DNA from: Candidatus Saccharimonadales bacterium
Lineage (GTDB): Bacteria > Patescibacteriota > Saccharimonadia > UBA4664 > SCTI01
Length of the DNA stretch: 64,000 nt
NCBI GenBank assembly: GCA_035479795.1
Contig: DATIII010000004.1
Span: 15,668 to 79,667, forward strand
Direction: 5' to 3'
The notes below the pieces were generated by a model, which was not told the DNA's origin, made no database searches, and saw only the letters and a list, made by a program, of their open reading frames with translations. A program made the translations under genes and the position numbers. This document shows positions 27,449 through 36,199 of the stretch, piece by piece (positions within the stretch are counted from its first letter, which is position 1; every line of letters starts with the position of its first letter).

Positions 27449-28057
27449 ATGGAAGTAACATATTTAGGCATGAACTGTGTCCGGCTGACCGGCAGGGATA
27501 TTGCAGCTTTATGCGACCCGGCCGAGGGGATTAAGCAGGGAGCCGAGGCTACGCTTCTTAGCCAAGAAGATATTAAAGTTCCTGAAAAAGCAGGGATGGT
27601 GATTGACGGTCCGGGCGAATATGAGATTAAAGGTGCCATGATTACCGGGGTACCAGCCCGGCTACATGTCGATGAAGAGGGGGATCGGGGGACGATTTAT
27701 TCCGTCATGATCGATGGTATTAATGTGGCTTATCTTGGTAACATAGCTCCCGAATTATCAAACAATCAGATTGAGGCCTTGGGCCAGGTTGATGTCTTAA
27801 TTATTCCAGTCGGCGGCCATGGTCTGACATTAGACAGTGTTTCGGCGTCTAAAATTATTAGTCAGCTTGAACCTAAGTACGTGGTGCCGACGCATTATGA
27901 TGATGGCAAAACCAAATACGCCGCACCACAGGACAAGCTCGAGGTTTTCCTAAAAGAAATAGGCTCCAATCCTGAGCCCATGGCTAAGTTGAAGGTTTCT
28001 AGCCGCGATATGCCGCTGGAGACTACCATTGCGGTGCTGCAGCGAGCCGGAGCTTAG
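27449..28057 (+). CDS. MBL-fold protein (Lactamase_B_3-like, HxHxDH absent)
   Basis: TYLGMNC, GPGEYEIKG, DVLIIPVGG, PKYVVPTHY. Confidence 0.85.
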   Translation: MEVTYLGMNCVRLTGRDIAALCDPAEGIKQGAEATLLSQEDIKVPEKAGMVIDGPGEYEIKGAMITGVPARLHVDEEGDRGTIYSVMIDGINVAYLGNIAPELSNNQIEALGQVDVLIIPVGGHGLTLDSVSASKIISQLEPKYVVPTHYDDGKTKYAAPQDKLEVFLKEIGSNPEPMAKLKVSSRDMPLETTIAVLQRAGA

Positions 28058-28065
28058 CCTAAGCC

Positions 28066-28491
28066 ATGGCTTTTAGCGATAAAGCCGCAAAGTTTTTGGC
28101 TCAAGTTAAGATGGGCGTGATCTCAAGTATTGGCCCGGATGGCGCGCCGCAGTCGGCGTATGTCGGAGTCACAACGTTGTTTGAAACGGGCGAGCTAATG
28201 GTCGGGACCTCGGTTAAAACCCGAAAGTATGCCAACCTCAAGGCTAACCCTAAGTCCAGCATTACGATGTGGGAGGGCGCCACGACAATTCAGACCGAGG
28301 GCGCCGTTGAAATTATAGAGCGCGGCGATTCGCGCTTTGCCGATTACGAGGGCCGAATCCTAAAGGTTGACCCTAGTAAGCAGCGGTTTGTCGGAGATTC
28401 CGATCAAATCTGGATGGTATTTAAGCCCACCTGGATCCGCTACACCGATATAGCTGCAAAGCCATGGGTGATCGAGGAAAATAAGTACTAA
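28066..28491 (+). CDS. Pyridoxamine 5'-phosphate oxidase-like flavin-binding protein
   Basis: GVISSIGPDGAPQS...TRKYANLKANPK...EGA. Confidence 0.85.
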   Translation: MAFSDKAAKFLAQVKMGVISSIGPDGAPQSAYVGVTTLFETGELMVGTSVKTRKYANLKANPKSSITMWEGATTIQTEGAVEIIERGDSRFADYEGRILKVDPSKQRFVGDSDQIWMVFKPTWIRYTDIAAKPWVIEENKY

Positions 28492-28516
28492 AAAACCGCC
28501 TGTTGGGCGGTTTTTG
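28491..28516. terminator. Bidirectional terminator
   Basis: aaaaaccgcc-tgttg-ggcggttttt. Confidence 0.8.
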
Positions 28517-28518
28517 AT

Positions 28519-28785
28519 TTAAGCGCCGGCCGGAGCCTTTTCGGCCGTTTGCTTTTCGGCCTTCTTTGTTTCTTGGGCCTCAAGTTTCGCCGCTTCCTCG
28601 CGCTTGTACTTGGCCAGGGTGCGCATGCACTGGGTGCAGAGCTTGGCGCGGACTTTGGAGCCGTCGATATCTAGGCGGGTACGCTGAAGATTCGGCTTCC
28701 ACACTTTGTTCGTCTTCTTTTGAGAGAAGGGAACATTGTGGCCGAATTGCTTTCCTTTGCCGCAAATTTCGCAGGCGTACGACAC
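28519..28785 (-). CDS. rpmB: 50S ribosomal protein L28
   Basis: CEICGK..FGHNVPFSQKKT..WKPNLQ...CTQC. Confidence 0.95.
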   Translation of the reverse strand: MSYACEICGKGKQFGHNVPFSQKKTNKVWKPNLQRTRLDIDGSKVRAKLCTQCMRTLAKYKREEAAKLEAQETKKAEKQTAEKAPAGA

Positions 28786-28869
28786 TTATCGACTCCTTAA
28801 TAACCAAGGTAATATACCTGAAAACGCTCGGATCGTCAACAGATAGAGCGGGTGGTACAATTGCTAGCA

Positions 28870-29490
28870 ATGGATTTGGTTTACATCATATTTGCCCTGG
28901 TAATGGCGCTTACCCTGCACGAATTTGCCCATGCCTGGATGAGCGACTACCTGGGCGACCGCACAGCTCGCTCACATGGTCGCCTAAGTATAAACCCACT
29001 AGTGCATATTGACCCGATTATGACGGTGCTGCTGCCTATCGCTCTGATTGTGGCGCACTCGCCGGTCCTGTTTGGCGCAGCCCGCCCAGTCCCGTTTAAC
29101 CCTTGGGCCGTGCGCTATGGCCGGTGGGGAGCTGCCTTGGTGGCGGCTGCTGGGCCGTTAATGAACCTACTTTTGGCCTGCTTCTTCGCTTTGTGGCTAC
29201 AGCTTTTCCCCGTTGGCGCTTTAGCTCAACTATTTATCGCCATCATTGCCGTCAATGTCGGCTTCATGGTCTTTAACCTGATGCCGATTCCGCCTCTGGA
29301 TGGGTCTCGTGTGGTTTATGCGGCCATCCCCCAGATTCGGGGCCTGTTCGACGCCATAGAGCAGAACGGACTGATTTTAATATTCGTGTTGTTAATCTTT
29401 GCAGGCCCGCTGCTGACAGGCATAATCGGCCCGATCGTCGCTGCAATTTTGTCTCTGCTAATCCCGGGCCTGACTGGTTTATCGACCTAG
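28870..29490 (+). CDS. Site-2 protease (M50) family
   Basis: HEFAH, AGPLMN, FNLMPIPPLDG. Confidence 0.93.
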   Translation: MDLVYIIFALVMALTLHEFAHAWMSDYLGDRTARSHGRLSINPLVHIDPIMTVLLPIALIVAHSPVLFGAARPVPFNPWAVRYGRWGAALVAAAGPLMNLLLACFFALWLQLFPVGALAQLFIAIIAVNVGFMVFNLMPIPPLDGSRVVYAAIPQIRGLFDAIEQNGLILIFVLLIFAGPLLTGIIGPIVAAILSLLIPGLTGLST

Positions 29491-29494
29491 GCCT

Positions 29495-29524
29495 GGATCC
29501 CGAATACTCAATCCTGTATCCTGT
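29495..29524 (+). repeat. 7-bp tandem array ending in a -10 box
   Basis: GATCCCG AATACTC AATCCTG TATCCTG; TATCCT at 29517-29522 precedes the 6S RNA. Confidence 0.7.
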
Positions 29525-29530
29525 AACTAG

Positions 29531-29678
29531 CTCTGCATGTTGTGGTAGTCCGGTATATTTTTTTCTGTATGACTTTTTACCTCGGGAGCTCGAGATTGTC
29601 CTTGGCCTTGGCCAAGGAACTGAGAGCACCCACCTAGCTTAGGACGGGAAGAAGTTGTCCGGATACCCAACAGCGGAG
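29531..29678 (+). ncRNA. ssrS: 6S RNA (compact)
   Basis: Closing stem ctctgc-atgttg-tggtagtccgg/ccggataccc-aaca-gcggag, central bubble, GGGAGC and GCACCCACC..GGG segments as in Firmicutes-type 6S; T-run follows. Confidence 0.75.
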
Positions 29679-29687
29679 ATTTTTTTG

Positions 29688-29811
29688 TTAAAGCCTCAAT
29701 CTCGGCTCATTTCAGCGTTAACCTTGCGTCTTCGTCCTCACCGTACTAATGTGTACGTCTCGGTTGAAGTACTCGGTTTGCCTTGAAATGCGCTCGAGCT
29801 AGAGGCTTTAA
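29688..29811. repeat. Structured mini-element, copy 1
   Basis: 10-bp terminal IR ttaaagcctc/gaggctttaa; core homologous to 32843-32952. Confidence 0.7.
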
Positions 29812-29821
29812 TGTAAAAGAA

Positions 29822-29898
29822 CGGGGTGTGGCGCAGTTGGCTAGCGCGTACGGCTGGGGGCCGTGAGGTCGCAGGTTCAAGTCCTGTCACCCCGACCA
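29822..29898 (+). tRNA. tRNA-Pro(GGG)
   Basis: cggggtgtggcgcagttgg...ct-ggg-gg...ggttcaagtcc...caccccgacca. Confidence 0.96.
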
Positions 29899-30023
29899 GG
29901 TATTATTACAACTGACTTGAACCTGGCATTGTCGAGCGAAGCCCTGACAAAGAGGGTCATTTGAGTAGGCGCGCGCAGAAGCTACCTCCTAGTTTCGAGC
30001 ACGGCGACGAAATTGGCCTGCCA

Positions 30024-30043
30024 AAGTCCTGTCACCCCGACCA
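30024..30043 (+). repeat. 20-bp direct repeat of the tRNA-Pro 3' end (att-like)
   Basis: aagtcctgtcaccccgacca identical to 29879-29898. Confidence 0.9.
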
Positions 30044-30050
30044 AGAATTA

Positions 30051-30581
30051 TTACCAATCTCCGGACTGAAAGTTTTTGTGCGAAAGCGATGCCATTGGGC
30101 CGCGGGCGTTCTGGTATTTTCCGGTATACAACTGAGGCTGGCCGATCGGTACCCAGAAGGTCATCTGCCCAATCGACATCCCCGGATAAATCTTAACCGG
30201 CTGGACTGCATGCATCTGGAGTGTCCATTGCCCAAAGGCGCCTTGATCAATTAAATCAGCTGTAATATTGATGAATAAACCGAGCCGGCCGATAGAGGAG
30301 CGGCCTTTCATGATTGGCACGTAGTTATTGCTGCCAATACGCTCCTCTATATGCCCGAGGTAGAGTCGGTTCGGCTCTAAGACCATGCCCTCCGGAGATA
30401 TTTTGATAGTCCGGGTTGCATTTGAGCGCTTAGCGTCCAGAACCGCTGGCTCGTACACCTTGATGGTTTGACCGATATGAAAGTTGTATGAGTTTGGGTT
30501 AATGTGCCGTGGGTCAAAGGGGGAAATTTGAATCCTTCCCGATTTAACCTCACTGGCTATTTCGGGCCCGGTTAGTATCAC
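30051..30581 (-). CDS. dCTP deaminase/dUTPase family protein (copy B; TLQ)
   Basis: INPNSYN, GRSSIGRLGL, LIDQG...WTLQ, IGQMTF, YTGKYQ. Confidence 0.88.
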   Translation of the reverse strand: MILTGPEIASEVKSGRIQISPFDPRHINPNSYNFHIGQTIKVYEPAVLDAKRSNATRTIKISPEGMVLEPNRLYLGHIEERIGSNNYVPIMKGRSSIGRLGLFINITADLIDQGAFGQWTLQMHAVQPVKIYPGMSIGQMTFWVPIGQPQLYTGKYQNARGPMASLSHKNFQSGDW

Positions 30582-31093
30582 AGCTCGAATCTTATCCGAC
30601 TAGGCTCGGCAGATGTATCACGGGCGTATTTACCTTGGTAGCTCGACCCGTGGCCCTGGACCTTCCAGAAAGTAATCTGGCCAATCTGCATACCCGCATA
30701 AATTCTCAGGGGTTGGACCACTTTTAGCTCGAGAGTCCAGTGATGGTTGGCGCCCATGTGGCCTAGATCGGCCGTGATCTGCAGCCATAATCCCAGCCGA
30801 CCCATTGTTGACCGGCCAATCAAGCTTGTAACGAAGTGGAGGCTGCCGATTCGCTCAAGCGTATGAGCTAAGTAGATTCGCCCGGGCTTTAGTACAAAGC
30901 CGTGTTGTGAAATTGTATGCCGGCTCGTCTTAAAAGGCTGCTTAGGGTCGATCAGCCCAGGTCCGAATTCAATAATTTCATTTCCTAATCGGTAGTTGTA
31001 GCTATTTGGGTTAATTTGGTCTGAGCTAAACGGCTCGATCCATATATTCCCACGGCGACGTTGCTGAATAATTTCAGGTCCGGATAGAATCAT
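30578..31093 (-). CDS. dcd: dCTP deaminase family protein (copy A; TLE)
   Basis: INPNSYN, GRSTMGRLGL, LGHMG...WTLE, IGQITF, YQGKY. Confidence 0.88.
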   Translation of the reverse strand: MILSGPEIIQQRRRGNIWIEPFSSDQINPNSYNYRLGNEIIEFGPGLIDPKQPFKTSRHTISQHGFVLKPGRIYLAHTLERIGSLHFVTSLIGRSTMGRLGLWLQITADLGHMGANHHWTLELKVVQPLRIYAGMQIGQITFWKVQGHGSSYQGKYARDTSAEPSRIRFEL

Positions 31094-31592
31094 GGCTTAG
31101 CTCGGCTTTAATCGCGGCAACTAATTGCTCCAGCTCGTCCCAGTTTTGGCCGCGGTAGGTCGCTATTCTGCTAGAGCTCGGCAGTTTGGCGATAAACTCA
31201 TCAAAGTAGCCAATCATTTTTTCTAACTGCGCTACATTCACAACCTGATGTACGCCGGGTCGATCGTGAAGTCTACTTTTTGCCAGTTCCAAGTTGGGTG
31301 CGGCGTAGATGATGATCATTTGTTCACAAATAATTGAATTAAGAATGGTCTGCTGGAGTGGGGTAAAGGGCTGAGTCCGGCCAAATATCTGGCTATATAC
31401 TACTTCGCTGATATGACCCCTCTCAATAACGGTCTGGCTGCATTGGGCGTACTCGCTAAGATACCGGTCGAACTGATCACCGCCTCGATGACCCAGCGCC
31501 TTGTGGTCCCAACCGAGGCGATTTTTAAGCTCTTTGGCAAGCGTTGACTTGCCGCCACCGTCAATACCCTCGATGAGAATATTCTTTATCAT
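31074..31592 (-). CDS. Thymidylate/dNMP kinase-like P-loop protein
   Basis: ILIEGIDGGGKST and IERGHISEVVY. Confidence 0.82.
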   Translation of the reverse strand: MIKNILIEGIDGGGKSTLAKELKNRLGWDHKALGHRGGDQFDRYLSEYAQCSQTVIERGHISEVVYSQIFGRTQPFTPLQQTILNSIICEQMIIIYAAPNLELAKSRLHDRPGVHQVVNVAQLEKMIGYFDEFIAKLPSSSRIATYRGQNWDELEQLVAAIKAELSHDSIRT

Positions 31593-31692
31593 CTTTCCCT
31601 TGAATGATGATAGTTCTTAAGCATAGTCATAACTAGTCGAAACAGTTTGACTCAAATGCTAATTGCAGTATCTTAGAAGTCTAGGAGTTTTT

Positions 31693-32355
31693 ATGCATCG
31701 TTTGCAGCAACACATTCTGCAGAGGCTGATTCTTAACCCCGAGCAGCGTTATGCCGACCTCAAGCCGGTGGAAGTGGAGGGGAATCTCTTCATGTACCAT
31801 CTGCGCTGTTTGATGAAGGATGGCTATGTTGAGAAGCGGGCGAATGGCCGTTACAGCTTAAGTGCCGCTGGTAAGCTCTATGTCGACCGTCTTAGTCTTA
31901 AATCTCTGACTCCCCGCATTCAGCCGCGGATTGTGACATTAATGGCGGTGGAGCAGGGCGGCAAGTGGTTGGTTTATCTGCGTAAACGCCAGCCACTCAT
32001 CAATCTAATCGGCTTTCCCTATGGCAAGATCCATTTAGGAGAGAGCATTAAGGCCGCGGCTGAGCGCGAGCTTAAAGAAAAGACCGGGTTAATCGCTGAC
32101 CTCACTCACGTTGGTGATGGATATGCTACAACATCCGAGGCCGGTGAGCCGGTTAGCCAAATAATGTTTCATATGTTTTATGGTAAGGATCCAAAGGGCG
32201 AGATTCTGGAGCACTCAGACATCGGCGAGCCCATGTGGGTCGATGAGTTGGCTATTGGTGGGCAGGGCTTTATGCCCAATGTCGCCGACCTACTGGCCTT
32301 GGTAAAAAATCGATCAGCCGAACGCTTCTTCGCGCAACTCGAACATCGAATTTAG
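31693..32355 (+). CDS. NUDIX hydrolase with N-terminal winged helix
   Basis: RYADLKP...FMYHLRCL; Nudix box GKIHLGESIKAAAERELKEKTG. Confidence 0.85.
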   Translation: MHRLQQHILQRLILNPEQRYADLKPVEVEGNLFMYHLRCLMKDGYVEKRANGRYSLSAAGKLYVDRLSLKSLTPRIQPRIVTLMAVEQGGKWLVYLRKRQPLINLIGFPYGKIHLGESIKAAAERELKEKTGLIADLTHVGDGYATTSEAGEPVSQIMFHMFYGKDPKGEILEHSDIGEPMWVDELAIGGQGFMPNVADLLALVKNRSAERFFAQLEHRI

Positions 32356-32414
32356 ATAACGCGCCGCTAACAAGAAGTAGCTTTCCGGTCTCAACTAGCC
32401 TATAATCCATCCTT

Positions 32415-32846
32415 ATGACTTTAATTAATGCCGTCTCTCCTCAGAAAGAATTGGTGATTCACACGGACGGTGGATCGCGCGGAAACCCCGGGCATTCGGC
32501 CATCGGCGTGGTTATTACAACGCCTGAGGGTGAACATCTCGAATCCTTTGGCAATTACATTGGCATTACCACTAACAACCAGGCTGAGTATGCGGCGGTA
32601 GTGGCGGCTCTTAAGTCGGCTGAAAAATATGACCCCCAAAAGATCGATTTCTATCTCGATAGCGAACTAGTCGTCAAACAACTTAAAGGCGAATATCGAG
32701 TTAAGAATGCGGAACTGGCTTCAATATTTACGGATATTCAGAAGCGTACTGAGAATCTCGAAGTTAGCTTTCAGCACGTATTGCGCGAGCATAATCAGCT
32801 GGCCGATATAGAGGTCAATAAAGCCCTGGACGAAGAGCTGGCTTAA
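32415..32846 (+). CDS. rnhA: Ribonuclease HI family protein
   Basis: TDGGSRGNPG, TNNQAEY, DSELVVKQ, REHNQLAD. Confidence 0.92.
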   Translation: MTLINAVSPQKELVIHTDGGSRGNPGHSAIGVVITTPEGEHLESFGNYIGITTNNQAEYAAVVAALKSAEKYDPQKIDFYLDSELVVKQLKGEYRVKNAELASIFTDIQKRTENLEVSFQHVLREHNQLADIEVNKALDEELA

Positions 32847-32952
32847 TTTAGGCGCATATTTCGGCGTCTAAAGTGCGTTTTTATCATCACCGTACGCTTT
32901 GTACGCTTCTTCGAAAAACTTGCTTATCCTAGAAATCTGCTGCCCAAATTAA
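32843..32952. repeat. Structured mini-element, copy 2
   Basis: Imperfect terminal IR ttaatttaggcg/tgcccaaattaa; shares ATTTC.GCGT, TCACCGTAC..TGTACG and CCT.GAAAT with copy 1. Confidence 0.7.
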
Positions 32953-33008
32953 CCCAGTACATCTGTTAAACCCTTGAAAAAGTGGCAATTTTCAGGTATA
33001 TTTACCGG

Positions 33009-33399
33009 GCTAAGGCTGCTGGATGGCTGCTCGCCAGAGGCGAGAGGAAAGTCCGGACAGCACAGAGTAAGGACGGTTGCTAACGGCAACCGGGACCAGG
33101 GAATGTGTTTCTCTCGAGAAAACATAGGCCCAAAGCCTAGGGAAAGTGCCACAGAAACGATACCGCTCACCATTTTGTGAGTAAGGGTGAAACGAGCAGG
33201 GTAAGAGCCTGCAGCCCCTCCGGGTGACCGGCGGGGGAGGTAAACCCCGTCTGCTGCAAGGCTGCTGGCAATCAGAGAGTACTCGCTCCTGCCAGCGTTC
33301 GCGCCGCACGACCCCGACGGTGACGTCGGGGCTAGATAGATGGCCATCCAATCCGCCAGCTGGCGGAGGGACAGAATCCGGCTTATAGGCAGCCTTAGC
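33009..33399 (+). ncRNA. rnpB: RNase P RNA (type A)
   Basis: GAGGAAAGTCCGG, GAAAGTGCCACAGAAA, GGTAAACCCC, ACAGAATCCGGCTTA; P1 gctaaggctgc/gcagccttagc; upstream TTGAAA/TATATT promoter. Confidence 0.97.
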
Positions 33400-33477
33400 T
33401 TAGAATAATTATCCTTCCCGAGGGGAGGGTTTTTATTTTTCAACCTGATAAAATAGTTATGTAAAAAGTGTGAGTTT

Positions 33478-34932
33478 TTGAGAAAAAGAAGCGAGTTAAT
33501 ATTTAGCCTACTGCAGCTGCCAATTGATTTCGTGGCAATTTTGACAGCCTTTGTGGCGGCCTACGCCCTGCGCGTGAAGATTGATGCCCGTCCGGTAGCT
33601 CATCCGCTGGGCTTTATGTTCTTTTTGAAGATTTTCCTGCTGATCATCCCGGTTTGGGTCATACTTTTCGCCCTGAGCGGATTGTACAACCTTTCGAGTC
33701 TACGGGGTCGGCTTAAGGAAATTAGTCGAGTATTTGTGGCCGTTTCGGCCGGAGTCATGTTTATGATTGTGGTCGATTTTCTTTCCAAAGATCCGTTATT
33801 CCCTTCAAAGTCGGTACCGATTTACGCCTATGGCTTGAGCTTAATAACCGTAATCGCGGCGAGAGAGATTATGAGGGCTGTGCAACGCAGCTTGTTTCGT
33901 AAGGGCATTGGGGTTTATCAGGCGGTTTTGATTGGCAGCGGGCCCATTGCTCAGAAGATCGCCGAATCACTCAAATCGGCTAGACACTCGGGCTATAAGA
34001 TCATCGGGGTTATCGATAGTGCCAGGGGGGCTCAGAAGCGAATGACGCCTTTGCGAGTCGATAGTAATTTTCAAAACCTGCTTAACCGACTCAAAAACAA
34101 ACAGATTGATGAGTTTATTCAAGCCGACTCATCGCTAGAGCCCGATGAGGTTTATGAAGTGGTGGAGTATGCCGCCAACCATCATCTTACCTACCGATTT
34201 GTGCCTAATCAGCTTGGTATTTTCGCCACACATTCCGAGGTGGGTACGATGGCGGGTATGCCCATGATCGGCATAAAGCCAACTCCGCTAGACGGATGGG
34301 GGAGGATTGTGAAACGACTGTTCGATATGACAGCTTCACTTTTAGGCTTGCTGGTTCTGTCACCATTTTTCTTGGTCATTGCCGTTATTATTCGAGTTAC
34401 CGATCCCGGGCCAGTGTTATTCAAGCATCGTCGATTGAGTCGAGTGGGCAAGGAGATTTATGTGTATAAGTTTCGCACGATGAAGGTCAGGTTCTCGAAA
34501 GGCGAGTTTGCCGGCAAATCGGATATTCAAGTTTTTCAGATACTGGGTCGTGACAACTTGGTAGAGGAGTTTAAGCGCGACCAAAAGGTACGGCGTGATC
34601 CAAGAGTCAGTAAAATAGGGGACCTTCTCCGCCGCTCGAGCTTGGATGAGCTACCGCAGCTTTGGAATATTTTCAAAGGTGATATTAGCCTGGTGGGGCC
34701 GCGACCGGTCGTCCAGGCAGAGCTGGAAAAATACGGCAGTGGGCGATCGACACTGCTATCCTTAAAGCCCGGCCTAACTGGTTTGTGGCAGGTTTCCGGT
34801 CGCAACGACGTGAGTTATGAGGAAAGGGTCAAGCTAGACCTGTTCTATATTGAAAATTGGAGTCTGTGGCTGGATATTCGGATTATCCTGCGTACACTCT
34901 TGATTCTGGTGACGCGCCGAGGAGCTTACTAG
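33478..34932 (+). CDS. Polyprenyl glycosylphosphotransferase (WcaJ/WbaP-type)
   Basis: KRLFD, YKFRTM, DPRVSKIG..LRRSSLDELPQ, SLVGPRP, PGLTGLWQVSGRN. Confidence 0.93.
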   Translation: MRKRSELIFSLLQLPIDFVAILTAFVAAYALRVKIDARPVAHPLGFMFFLKIFLLIIPVWVILFALSGLYNLSSLRGRLKEISRVFVAVSAGVMFMIVVDFLSKDPLFPSKSVPIYAYGLSLITVIAAREIMRAVQRSLFRKGIGVYQAVLIGSGPIAQKIAESLKSARHSGYKIIGVIDSARGAQKRMTPLRVDSNFQNLLNRLKNKQIDEFIQADSSLEPDEVYEVVEYAANHHLTYRFVPNQLGIFATHSEVGTMAGMPMIGIKPTPLDGWGRIVKRLFDMTASLLGLLVLSPFFLVIAVIIRVTDPGPVLFKHRRLSRVGKEIYVYKFRTMKVRFSKGEFAGKSDIQVFQILGRDNLVEEFKRDQKVRRDPRVSKIGDLLRRSSLDELPQLWNIFKGDISLVGPRPVVQAELEKYGSGRSTLLSLKPGLTGLWQVSGRNDVSYEERVKLDLFYIENWSLWLDIRIILRTLLILVTRRGAY

Positions 34933-35019
34933 TGCCAGGATTCAGGATTCAGGATTCAGGGTTCAGGATTTTCAAGCTTCTCCTAAATTCTAAACTCCAC
35001 ACTCTAAACCCTGGCACTA
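34930..35019. repeat. Hairpin of 7-bp arrays closed by a 10-bp perfect IR
   Basis: tagtgccagg-(ATTCAGG)n...TCCTAAA TTCTAAA CTCCACA CTCTAAA-cctggcacta. Confidence 0.8.
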
Positions 35020-35023
35020 CCCT

Positions 35024-36130
35024 ATGAAGGTGGCGATTGTTCATGACTGGTTGGTCAGCCCGGGAGGCGCCGAGCAAGTGGTTCTTGAGTTGCACAAGCT
35101 ATGGCCGAAAGCTCCGATCTATACAGCAGCTTATGAGCCGTCAAAATTTCCGGAATTTAAAGATGCCGATGTGCGCCCAACCTGGCTAAACAAAATCGGT
35201 TTGGCAAAGCGAAAACATCAGCTCTTTTCGATTCCGCGAGCCTGGGCCTTTAAGGGTCTAGATTTATCGGAATATGATGTAGTTATTTCATCATCCAGCG
35301 CTGAGTCTAAATATGTTAAGACCGGTCCAAATACTCTACATATCTGTTACTGTCATACACCAATTCGGTATTATTGGAGCGATTTTGACTGGTATCGCCA
35401 GCATCCACCATTTGGAAAGCTCAATTGGTTAGCATCACTTATCCTGCCGTTTATCATCGGACCTTTAAGGCGAATGGATTACAAAGCCGCTCAAAAGATC
35501 GATTTGTATGTCGCCAACTCCGAAAATGTTCGCAAGCGTATTAAGAAATACTACAATCGCGATGCCGTGGTCATATATCCCCCGGTAGCCACGGGTAAGT
35601 TTAAGGTGAAGCGAGAGCCACAGGACTTTTATTTGATTGTGGGTCGGCAGGTCGCCTACAAACGGCTGGACTTAGCCGTGGATGCTTTTAATGATCTTGA
35701 ACTGCCGCTCAAAGTGGCTGGGGCGGGGGAGGAGATTGGCAGGCAGAGGTCTCGGTCAAAATCGAATATTGAGTATCTGGGGCGGGTCAACGACGAAGAA
35801 TTAGCTGTTTTGTACGCTCAGGCCAAGGCCTTTATATTCCCACCTGAAGAAGACTTTGGAATTGTGCCCGTCGAGGCCCAGTCGGCCGGCTGCCCGGTGG
35901 TGGCCTATGGCAAAGGCGGGGCGCTGGAGACGGTAGTGGACGGCGAAACTGGCGTGTTCTTTACCAAGCAAACGCCCGAAGCGTTGGCTGATGCGGTTAA
36001 GCTGGCCGCTAAAACCAAGTTTGATGAAGCCAAAATCCGCCATCATGCAAAGCAGTTCGATGCAGCCGTTTTTGCTCGAAAGATTAGCCATTTGGTAGAC
36101 AGTGAATGGCAAAAATTTTCAAAAAAATAG
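35024..36130 (+). CDS. Glycosyltransferase family 4 (WbaZ-like)
   Basis: VHDWL..GGAE, CYCHTPIRY, EEDFGIVPVEAQSAG. Confidence 0.92.
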   Translation: MKVAIVHDWLVSPGGAEQVVLELHKLWPKAPIYTAAYEPSKFPEFKDADVRPTWLNKIGLAKRKHQLFSIPRAWAFKGLDLSEYDVVISSSSAESKYVKTGPNTLHICYCHTPIRYYWSDFDWYRQHPPFGKLNWLASLILPFIIGPLRRMDYKAAQKIDLYVANSENVRKRIKKYYNRDAVVIYPPVATGKFKVKREPQDFYLIVGRQVAYKRLDLAVDAFNDLELPLKVAGAGEEIGRQRSRSKSNIEYLGRVNDEELAVLYAQAKAFIFPPEEDFGIVPVEAQSAGCPVVAYGKGGALETVVDGETGVFFTKQTPEALADAVKLAAKTKFDEAKIRHHAKQFDAAVFARKISHLVDSEWQKFSKK

Positions 36131-36199
36131 AATAAATACAGATCGGTTACAATAAAAAATCTACTTTTTAGTGGTTTTTTAATTCAAGAAATATGCTGC

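Noticed and set aside
32949-33443. ORF-track ORFs of 164, 113 and 68 aa
   Set aside because: They overlap the RNase P RNA gene; spurious.
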